A DNA stretch of 64,000 nt from the NCBI GenBank assembly GCA_011192155.1, contig DUEK01000012.1:541-64540 (forward strand). Direction: 5' to 3'. The translations under genes were made by a program, and so were the position numbers. The stretch is from Thermoflexia bacterium (GTDB lineage: Bacteria; Chloroflexota; Anaerolineae; B4-G1). Each line of letters begins with the position of its first letter. Position 1 is the first letter of the stretch. Below, piece by piece: positions 27,118-36,449 of the stretch. The notes under the pieces were generated by a model. The model made no database searches. It saw only the letters and a program-made list of their open reading frames with translations, and was not told where the DNA came from.

Positions 27118-27327
27118 CTATGTTCCTCAAGTAAAGCCCGGGCTGCAGGATGCCGCACTCGCTCTGCTGCTCCCACTCGCCCCGCCCATCCCAAACAGCG
27201 AGATTGCCCTATGCACTTTGGCGCTGTCGCACTTGGGGCAGGTAGGAGCTTGACGCTGCTTGGATGAGCGCACGAACAACTCGAACTTTTCGTTACATTC
27301 GTCACATTGGTACTCGTAGATCGGCAT
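27118..27327 (-). CDS. FmdB-family Zn-ribbon protein, possible C-terminal Sec (...CSPGFT-U-GT)
   Basis: AGGAGG RBS, MPIYEYQC..C...CPKC; TGA at 27127-27129 followed by GGA ACA TAG and a hairpin. Confidence 0.8.
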
Positions 27328-27342
27328 ATTATCACCTCCTGG

Positions 27343-27387
27343 ATACAATACTAGGGTATAGTATACCACAAGAACTCTGATTGTCAA
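27343..27387 (-). promoter_or_regulatory. Promoter with a CsoR-type operator
   Basis: TTGACA-16 bp-TATACT followed by ATACCCTAGTATTGTAT (ATAC-N9-GTAT). Confidence 0.6.
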
Positions 27388-27479
27388 GTCACCGTGAACC
27401 CCGTCGTTGCCGATCACCGTGTTTGTGGTATAATATAACGAAACGCTATATAATGAAATAGTACATAACGGAGTATGCT

Positions 27480-28058
27480 ATGGCTAGTGCCGTGAGTATT
27501 CGTTGCTTTATCCTGGGCCTGCTGGCCCGACAGCCAATGTCCGGCTACGACATCAAGCGTTTTCTCAAGAGCCTGAGTTGGCTGATTGATAGTCCGAGTT
27601 TCGGCAGTCTCTATCCCGCTTTGCACGCTTTGCTGGAAGGTGGCTTGGTGACCGTAGAGGTGATTCCGCGCCACGATAAACCACCGCGAAAGATCTACAG
27701 TATCACGGAGACAGGCGGGCAAGTGTTGCGGGAGTGGATGGAACAACCGGTATCATCAGGTATCTCCTTGAAGGCTTTCTTGATGCGCTTGATCTTGGCC
27801 AGTAACTTTTCACACGTCGGGTTGCTCGCTCACCTACGGCAACGGCGTGTCGAGGTCGCTGCTCACCAACTTGCTCTGCAGCAAGCCACCGAGGTGATGG
27901 ATGAGGGGACGGATTTGGGAGAACGCCTGGCGTTTGATTATGTGCTGGCCGTGGCTACTGTAGAGTTGTCCTGGCTGGATCGCACACTAGACCGGTTGTC
28001 TCAGCCGCCGTCGCCCGTGGAAGCTACCCAGGGCAACTCGGCTACCGTGACAGTTTGA
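27480..28058 (+). CDS. PadR family transcriptional regulator
   Basis: ILGLL..PMSGYDI, GSLYPAL, RKIYSITETG and C-terminal helical domain. Confidence 0.92.
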   Translation: MASAVSIRCFILGLLARQPMSGYDIKRFLKSLSWLIDSPSFGSLYPALHALLEGGLVTVEVIPRHDKPPRKIYSITETGGQVLREWMEQPVSSGISLKAFLMRLILASNFSHVGLLAHLRQRRVEVAAHQLALQQATEVMDEGTDLGERLAFDYVLAVATVELSWLDRTLDRLSQPPSPVEATQGNSATVTV

Positions 28059-28101
28059 GATACGTGCCTGGGGGAATCATTAAATCGAGGAGGGAATTGA
28101 T

Positions 28102-28614
28102 ATGTTTGAAGCAGGTGATGCGATCGTTCATCCTGTCCGTGGGGCTGGCGTGGTGGTGTGTATTGAGAAGCGGCGATGGCGTGGAAGTAGCGAGCGGTAC
28201 TATAGGATCAAGCTGCTAGGACAGCCGAACACCAGTTTCTTGATGATCCCAGTCAAAGTTGCAGAGACGGTGGGGATGCGGCGTGCCATTCCACCATCCG
28301 AGTTGAAGCGAGTGTGGCGCGTCTTGCGCGCCGATCCCAACAAGCTGCCGAAAGATCACAACGAACGTTACAAGGTAGTCGAGGAAAGGCTTCACATAGG
28401 AGACATTTTCCAAGTTGCAGAGGCAGTGAGGGATATGGCTTGGCGGAAGCAGCGGGAGGGCAGGATGACCACACGAGGGAAACAAATGTACGATGAAGGT
28501 GTGGACCTCCTGGCAGGGGAGGTCGCCGCCACACAAGACATTGCCCTGGTAGATGCTGAAGCTCAAATTAGGGAAAGATTGTGGAAAATTGTGTCGCCAA
28601 CCACCGCGATGTAA
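28102..28614 (+). CDS. CarD-family transcription factor
   Basis: FEAGDAIVHPVRGAGVV, MIPV...VGMR, GDIFQVAEAVRD, LLAGEVA. Confidence 0.85.
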   Translation: MFEAGDAIVHPVRGAGVVVCIEKRRWRGSSERYYRIKLLGQPNTSFLMIPVKVAETVGMRRAIPPSELKRVWRVLRADPNKLPKDHNERYKVVEERLHIGDIFQVAEAVRDMAWRKQREGRMTTRGKQMYDEGVDLLAGEVAATQDIALVDAEAQIRERLWKIVSPTTAM

Positions 28615-28656
28615 TTTTTGGCATCCTCCTTGGCCAAAATGACATAGAGGTGGGAG

Positions 28657-30309
28657 ATGAAGACGGTCGTCGCCAGTTCGTTGGGTGAGTGTGTCCACGT
28701 AGCTGGCGTGTTGAACTTTTTGCGGTTGGCCGAGTTGGCCGGCTGGCGGACCGTCTTTCTCGGCCCAGCAACGTCAGTCAACGCGGTGCTGGAGGCAGCG
28801 CGGCGCGAGAAGGCCGATCTAGTGGGCGTCTCCTACCGGCTGACGCCGGAGACGGGCGAGCGGTTGCTGGCCCGGTTCGCGGAGGAGGCGGACGACTTGC
28901 GCGCCTCTGGGGTGCGCTTTGCCTTCGGCGGGACGCCACCCGTAGCTGAGCGGGCGCGAGCCATCGGCTTTTTCGAGCGCGTCTTTGACGGCAGCGAGCC
29001 GGCTGAGGTGGTGCTGGCCTACCTGAAGGGCCAGCGCCACAGCGATCTTGCCGAGACTGACTTTCCCCAGGCCACGGTGGAGCGTATTGACTGGAAGGCT
29101 CCCTTCCCCATCATCCGCCACCACTTTGGCTTGCCGACGGTAAAGGCCACCCGGGCTGGGATAGCCCGCATCGCTGAGGCTCGGGCGCTGGATGTCATCT
29201 CGTTGGGAATTGACCAGGACGCCCAGGCCAACTTTTTCCACCCGGAGCGGCAGGACCCCCGCCGCCGTGGAGCGGGCGGCGTGCCGGTGCGCAGCCCCGC
29301 CGATTACCGCGCCCTCTACTCCGCCAGCCGGTGCGGGAACTTTCCTCTCCTGCGCACCTATTCCGGCAGCGACGACTTTATCCGCCTGGCCGAGATGTAC
29401 GTGGAGACCATCCACATTGCCTTTTGTGCCATTCCCATCTTCTGGTTCAACCGGATGGACGGGCGCGGTCCCTGGGACCTGGAGGGCTCCATCCGCGAGC
29501 ATCAGAGAGTGATGGCCTGGTACGGCGAGCGGGACATCCCGGTCGAATTGAATGAGCCACACCAGTGGGGGTTGCGCGACGCTCCCGACGTGATTTTCGT
29601 CGTCTCGGCCTACCTTTCGGCCTACAACGCCCGCGCCTTTGGTGTGCGTGACTATATCGCCCAGATGATGTTCAACAGCCCGCCGGGCCTCTCCGATGCG
29701 ATGGACCTGGCCAAGATGCTGGCCTGCCTGGAGATGATCGCGCCACTGGAAGGCCCCGACTTTTGCGTCCGGCGGCAGACGCGCACGGGGTTGCTCAGCT
29801 ACCCGCTGGACCCGGACGCGGCCCGCGCTCACCTGGCCTCCAGCGTCTACCTGCAGATGGCGCTGCGCCCTCACATCCTCCACGTCGTCGGCCATACCGA
29901 GGCCCACCACGCCGCGGACGCCCGCGACGTGATCGAGGCCTGTAAACTGGCCCGCCGGGCTATCGAGAACGCGCTGCGTGGACAGCCGGATATGACGGCC
30001 GACCCCACCGTCCAGCAGCGTAAGGAGGAGTTGGTGCGGCAGGCCCGGGTGACCCTGGAAACTATCCTCGCTCTGGCTGGGCCGGATGCGCCTGACCCGC
30101 TGACTGACCCAGTCACCCTAGCGCGGGCAGTGACGACGGGGGTGCTGGATGCCCCTCACTTGCGCAACAATCCGTTCGCCCGTGGGCAGATCGTCAGCCG
30201 CATAGACCAGCGCGGGGCCTGCGTGGCGGTTGATCCGGCCACGGGACGGGCGCTCTTGGAGGAGGAACGGATCGCCGGTTTGGATGTTGGGGGCGATGGG
30301 AGGTTTTAG
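28657..30309 (+). CDS. Cobalamin-binding domain protein with a large uncharacterised C-terminal domain
   Basis: N-terminal GECVHVAG...VGVS...FGG matches the DxHxxG...SxL...GG B12 fingerprint. Confidence 0.75.
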   Translation: MKTVVASSLGECVHVAGVLNFLRLAELAGWRTVFLGPATSVNAVLEAARREKADLVGVSYRLTPETGERLLARFAEEADDLRASGVRFAFGGTPPVAERARAIGFFERVFDGSEPAEVVLAYLKGQRHSDLAETDFPQATVERIDWKAPFPIIRHHFGLPTVKATRAGIARIAEARALDVISLGIDQDAQANFFHPERQDPRRRGAGGVPVRSPADYRALYSASRCGNFPLLRTYSGSDDFIRLAEMYVETIHIAFCAIPIFWFNRMDGRGPWDLEGSIREHQRVMAWYGERDIPVELNEPHQWGLRDAPDVIFVVSAYLSAYNARAFGVRDYIAQMMFNSPPGLSDAMDLAKMLACLEMIAPLEGPDFCVRRQTRTGLLSYPLDPDAARAHLASSVYLQMALRPHILHVVGHTEAHHAADARDVIEACKLARRAIENALRGQPDMTADPTVQQRKEELVRQARVTLETILALAGPDAPDPLTDPVTLARAVTTGVLDAPHLRNNPFARGQIVSRIDQRGACVAVDPATGRALLEEERIAGLDVGGDGRF

Positions 30310-30326
30310 ATGGAAGGAGAGAATGT

Positions 30327-31460
30327 ATGACACGTTACACAGTTATCGGCGCCGGTCACGGCGGCAAGGCGATGGCGGCCGATTTGGCTGTCAGAGGCTT
30401 TACGGTAAAGCTCTACAACCGCACCATCGAGCACATCAGTGAGATCGCCTTGCGCGGCGAGATTGATCTGGGATACGAGAATGGCGCCTCTCGCCTCGGC
30501 CGCCTGGCGGGGGTCACCTCTGACATTGCCGAGGCGCTCGACGACGCCGACGTCATCATGGTCGTCGTGCCTGCTTCGGGTCACCGGGACGTTGCCCGCA
30601 GTTGCGCCCCCCATCTGCGCGACGGCCAGGTCGTGGTGCTCAACCCAGGCCGCACGGGCGGGGCGCTGGAATTTCGCCAAATCCTCAATCGTGAGGGCTG
30701 CGCCGCCGGCGTCGTCGTGGCCGAGGCTGGCACTTTTGTCTTTGCCAGCCGTAGCACCGGTCCGGCTCAGGCCCGTATCTTTCGGCACAAGAACGCCGTG
30801 CCCCTGGCCGCCCTGCCGGCCACACGCACCGGTCACGTGCTGGAAGCGGTATGTGAAGCGTATCCTCAGTTCATCCCTGCCCCTAACGTGCTCCACACCA
30901 GTCTGGATAATATGGGGGCGATCTTTCACCCGGCGCTGACGCTGCTCAACGCCGGGTGGATCGAGCACACCAAGGGGAATTTTCAGTTCTACATAGACGG
31001 TGTGACCCGCTCCACCGCTCACGTGTTAGAGGTATTGGACCGGGAGCGGGTGACCATCGCGGCCGCATTGGGGGTGCGCGCCCGGCCGGCCCTGAGGTGG
31101 TTAAAGGATGCTTACTCGGCGAAGGGCGACACCCTGTACGAAGCGATCCAGGCCAACCCGGGTTATCAGGGGATCAAAGCGCCGCGCAACCTGCGCCACC
31201 GTTACATCTTTGAGGAGGTGCCCTTCAGCCTGGTGCCCCTGGCCTCGTTAGGCAAACAATTCGGCGTGAAAACCTGGGCAATTGACGCGATGATTCGGCT
31301 GGCGTGCGTGATTCACGGCACCAACTATTATGAGCGCGGGCGCACGGTAGCGGACATGAGGTTGAAAGGATTGCGCGTCGGTGAAGTGATGCGCTACGTG
31401 GAGGAGGGCCAGATTGCCCCTGTACGAGCCTCGGCCGAGACGCAGAATGGCGGCTCGTGA
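30327..31460 (+). CDS. NAD(P)-dependent octopine/nopaline (opine) dehydrogenase family protein
   Basis: IGAGHGG, PGRTGG, IFHP, FYIDG, LDRER, HRYIFEEVP. Confidence 0.88.
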   Translation: MTRYTVIGAGHGGKAMAADLAVRGFTVKLYNRTIEHISEIALRGEIDLGYENGASRLGRLAGVTSDIAEALDDADVIMVVVPASGHRDVARSCAPHLRDGQVVVLNPGRTGGALEFRQILNREGCAAGVVVAEAGTFVFASRSTGPAQARIFRHKNAVPLAALPATRTGHVLEAVCEAYPQFIPAPNVLHTSLDNMGAIFHPALTLLNAGWIEHTKGNFQFYIDGVTRSTAHVLEVLDRERVTIAAALGVRARPALRWLKDAYSAKGDTLYEAIQANPGYQGIKAPRNLRHRYIFEEVPFSLVPLASLGKQFGVKTWAIDAMIRLACVIHGTNYYERGRTVADMRLKGLRVGEVMRYVEEGQIAPVRASAETQNGGS

Positions 31461-31478
31461 CCGGGCGCAGCGAGGTTC

Positions 31479-31543
31479 TTGACATCATACAGAATTTGTG
31501 GTATCATATTGCCTGGTTAGCACTCGCAGTGTGAGAGTGCTAA
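31479..31543 (+). promoter_or_regulatory. groESL promoter and CIRCE (HrcA operator)
   Basis: TTGACA-17-TATCAT; perfect TTAGCACTC-N9-GAGTGCTAA at 31517-31543. Confidence 0.95.
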
Positions 31544-31587
31544 TACGACAGGTAAATTTCAACATATTTCAAATAGGAGGTAATGAG

Positions 31588-31890
31588 ATGGCATTGAACA
31601 TCAAGCCGTTAGGCGACCGTGTAGTAGTAGAACCGCTGGAGAAGGACGTGGAAACCTTCGCCGGGGGTGAGTTGGTGTTGCCTGATACGGCGAAAGAAAA
31701 ACCCCAGCAGGGCAAGATTCTGGCCGTTGGGGCAGGCCGCTTGGACGAGGACGGCGACCGCATTCCGATGGAGGTCAAGGTCGGGGATACGGTCGTGTAT
31801 GCCAAGTACGCCGGCACGTCGTTCAAGGGGGAGGGCGGCAAGGAGATTCTCTTTCTGAAAGAGAGCGACATCCTGGCCGTCTTGGGATAG
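31588..31890 (+). CDS. groES: Co-chaperonin GroES
   Basis: [32 protein letters not shown]; AGGAGG RBS. Confidence 0.96.
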   Translation: MALNIKPLGDRVVVEPLEKDVETFAGGELVLPDTAKEKPQQGKILAVGAGRLDEDGDRIPMEVKVGDTVVYAKYAGTSFKGEGGKEILFLKESDILAVLG

Positions 31891-31897
31891 TTAATAA

Positions 31898-33559
<1,662 letters not shown>

Positions 33560-33597
33560 GCCGACGCAGCCGGTTTGGTAAGTGAATGTACGTAACG

Positions 33598-33636
33598 AAA
33601 ACCCTTAGGGTCTCGGAAGACCCTAAGGGTTTTTTT
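33598..33636 (+). terminator. REP-like palindrome acting as groEL terminator
   Basis: AAAACCCTTAGGGTCT-CGGA-AGACCCTAAGGGTTTT followed by a T-run. Confidence 0.75.
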
Positions 33637-33685
33637 GTACCTTTTTCAATATTCCGGGGTAATTTGCCAAACCCTAAAATCTGGC

Positions 33686-33828
33686 TAGTCTCCCTCTTGA
33701 GTGTTGTTGACAAAGGCAGTGATCGTTCTGCACCGCAGAGTACGCTGAGAGCGCTGAGAAATAGAAAAAGCTCTGCGAACTCTGCGTTCTCGGCGGTAAA
33801 ACGCCAACAACACTTTACGAGAAGACTG
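33686..33828. mobile_element. MITE-like element with CACCGCAGAG core
   Basis: Imperfect inverted ends (AGTCT...AGTGTTGTTG / CAACAACACT...AGACT); core shared with 18318, 24545 and 42827; no TSD seen. Confidence 0.55.
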
Positions 33829-33860
33829 CCGAAACCTGCGTTGCCCCGGTTTTCTTCAAG

Positions 33861-34400
33861 TTATTGAAAAAGACACTTTTCCCGTTCCAGCATCCCCAGG
33901 AGCGTGACGGGCAACCCGCCTCGGTTCTGGTTCGTCACGGTGAGGACGGTCATCGCGCTCTTGGGGAGTTTGAGTTGCGCCTGCGCCACTAGTTCGGGAC
34001 GGACGACGACGAGGGCTAGCGCGAACTTGGCTTTGTGCAGCACAGAAAAGGCCCGCTGCCAGCCCCAGCCTTGTTCTATCTCCAGCGGCCCCAGTTCATC
34101 CACCACGAGCAGATCGCAAGGCGCGGCGCGGGCAAGCACGTTGTTTCCCCAGGCCAGGGTTCCAGGGCTGAAGCGGAATCGCCCCTGGATCACGGCCGGG
34201 CTGTCACCGGGATCGAGCGTCAGCCGGCGTGTGGAACCGTCGCGCGCGTCGAGTACGTCCAGATCGTCTCCGGGGCAACGGAGGGTGATGAGGCCGCCGC
34301 ATACGTATCCTTGTGCCTGCGCCAGGGAGACGGTCTTGCGGCAGACGGTGCTCTTGCCCGCGCCGCGCTCGCCGGATAGGATGATGATACAGGCGGTCAC
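33861..34400 (-). CDS. P-loop NTPase (THEP1/DUF2478-like)
   Basis: SGERGAGKST, LLVVDELGPLE. Confidence 0.8.
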   Translation of the reverse strand: MTACIIILSGERGAGKSTVCRKTVSLAQAQGYVCGGLITLRCPGDDLDVLDARDGSTRRLTLDPGDSPAVIQGRFRFSPGTLAWGNNVLARAAPCDLLVVDELGPLEIEQGWGWQRAFSVLHKAKFALALVVVRPELVAQAQLKLPKSAMTVLTVTNQNRGGLPVTLLGMLEREKCLFQ

Positions 34401-36416
34401 TTAATCCTCATACCCTGGAATCGGCCCGAAGGCATCCTCGATCTCGTCCTGCTCAAAGACCTCTAGCATACAGTCCCACCAGGTCAGGCCGTCGGTCTTG
34501 CGGAATCTCCACCAGCGGATGTCGGGCCAAAAGTAGCGCCAGCGCCACAGAGAGGGTGTTCTCTCCCAGCCATAGTCGGCGGCTAGGGTGGTAAAGTCCA
34601 CGTAATAGCCCGATGGGATGCGCTTTTTGAGTTCGCCTCCCTCTACCATAGCGCGCCCGTCTTCCTGGCGGGCGGTCAGGTCCCAGGTCGCTTCACGCAG
34701 AGGCTCTCCCATACTTCCATCTTGTTTGGCGGCGCGGATAAAGACGCGCCAGTAGGTGGTGTTGCCCACGTCCTCTCGCACCAGTTCGATCTGCGATGGA
34801 GTATCTTTATATGGCTCCTGATCCAGGCCGATGGCCCGGCCGCAGACGTGCCAGCTCATGCGCGAGTGGCCCGAGTAGGGGGTATAGTCCATCGGCAACT
34901 GGACGATGCCGAGCCGGGCCAAATAGTCCCATCCCACCTCATCAATCATGCGTTGGCGCAGACCATTAAAGCTCTCATTCACTCGGTCGGAGAGGCGGGC
35001 TTGGCTTTCATTTTCGCCCTCTTCATCTTGGCTGACTTGAACGCCGGGAAGCGGAGCCAGTTTGTAGGGCGGGCCGGCGGCGGGGGTCGGTTGCACCAGT
35101 TCTACGTAGAGTGAGATATCCCTAGTTGGTACGTCGGCCTGAGCGCGGGCCACGACGCGGGACGAAAGCGCCTGGCTGGTCCACATCAGGTCGTCCAGGG
35201 GGCCGTCGGTGCTATAGACCTCGTGGAAGAGCGCCCAGCCCGTCATACTGGCAGCGATGAGATGGCTGCGCCCGCTCCGCTCGTAGGCGTAGACGAGGCT
35301 CTGGCCGTCCGGCGCCCAGGCCGGGGATGCGCCAGCGCCGAAAAGCTCGGTCTCCGCCTGGTCAGCCTCCAGCGTGTCCCAATCAAAGCTGCTGACCTGA
35401 ACGTAGGGATTGCCGCGCGGCCCGCTGACGTAGGCCAGTTGCGTTCCGTCGGGCGACCAGGCCGGTTCGCCTTCATCCAGGTCGGGTGTGTTGGTGACGT
35501 TGACGGTTTTCTCTTCCTCGACCAGGTAGAGGTAGATGTCCTTGTTCCCCTCGCGGAAGGATGTGAAGGCGATGGCGCGGCTGTCGGGCGACCAAACCGG
35601 CTCGTAGTCGGGCGCGCGGTTGGTGGTGATGCGCCGTACTTCTCCCGCGGTGGTGCTCATGACGTAGATATCCAGGCTGCCGGTAACCGAATGTTGCCTG
35701 CGGTATGATTCAAAGGCGATGTACTCGCCGTCGGGCGACCAACTGGGGTTGGCGTCAAATCCGGGATCGTGTGTCAGACGGATCAGCGCGCCGCCGACCA
35801 GGTCCAAGAGGTAAATGTCCCAGTTATCGGCGCGGTTCGAGGTGAAGGCGATATAGTTGCCGTCGGGCGACCAGGCCGGGTCGCGCTCCTCGGCCGGGTC
35901 GTAGGTCAGCCGCACCAGCTGCCGGTCGGTCTGGTTGAGTGCGTAGATGTCGGCGTTGCCGTTGCGCCGCAAGGTGAAGGCGATGGCCCCGCCGCTGCCA
36001 AAGGGAGTCGGCGTGGGGCCGGGGATAGGGGAGAGGCTGGGGTTCGTGATGGCGCCCGGTTGGAGCAACTCGATGCTGACCGGCAGCGAGGCCGCCTGGT
36101 ACAGCGCGACGACCAGCAGCGCGAGGACAATCAGGTTGCCCAAAATCAGCAGGACGAGCAGTCGCACGCCGCGCGGTCGCAGCGTGAGAGGTTTCCCAAC
36201 CTCATCTGGCCGGCGCAGCCAGGAGAGGGCGCGCGCGAAGGGGTTCCAGATTCTGGCTACCAGCTCACTGAGTTTTCGGAGCAGTTTTTGTAGACGCTTT
36301 CGTAGACGCTTTCGTTGACGTGCCCAACGCTCCCGTCGCGTACTCTCCGGCGTTTCTGTTTCTTCCGAGGGTTCTGGTTCCGCCCAGATTTTCTCTGGTT
36401 GTGGTTCGTCGGCCAT
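34401..36416 (-). CDS. Membrane-anchored TolB-like (PD40) beta-propeller protein
   Basis: TM helix, five PxWSPD-type repeats and an extra C-terminal domain. Confidence 0.85.
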   Translation of the reverse strand: MADEPQPEKIWAEPEPSEETETPESTRRERWARQRKRLRKRLQKLLRKLSELVARIWNPFARALSWLRRPDEVGKPLTLRPRGVRLLVLLILGNLIVLALLVVALYQAASLPVSIELLQPGAITNPSLSPIPGPTPTPFGSGGAIAFTLRRNGNADIYALNQTDRQLVRLTYDPAEERDPAWSPDGNYIAFTSNRADNWDIYLLDLVGGALIRLTHDPGFDANPSWSPDGEYIAFESYRRQHSVTGSLDIYVMSTTAGEVRRITTNRAPDYEPVWSPDSRAIAFTSFREGNKDIYLYLVEEEKTVNVTNTPDLDEGEPAWSPDGTQLAYVSGPRGNPYVQVSSFDWDTLEADQAETELFGAGASPAWAPDGQSLVYAYERSGRSHLIAASMTGWALFHEVYSTDGPLDDLMWTSQALSSRVVARAQADVPTRDISLYVELVQPTPAAGPPYKLAPLPGVQVSQDEEGENESQARLSDRVNESFNGLRQRMIDEVGWDYLARLGIVQLPMDYTPYSGHSRMSWHVCGRAIGLDQEPYKDTPSQIELVREDVGNTTYWRVFIRAAKQDGSMGEPLREATWDLTARQEDGRAMVEGGELKKRIPSGYYVDFTTLAADYGWERTPSLWRWRYFWPDIRWWRFRKTDGLTWWDCMLEVFEQDEIEDAFGPIPGYED

Positions 36417-36449
36417 AGCGAATCAAGTATACGCTGACTGGAGGGCTTG

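Noticed and set aside
28059-28656. Cobalamin riboswitch upstream of the B12 protein
   Set aside because: The intergenic gaps are only ~40 nt and no B12 box is visible.
28657-30309. B12-dependent radical SAM enzyme or methionine synthase
   Set aside because: No CxxxCxxC motif, and no recognisable homocysteine- or folate-binding domains.
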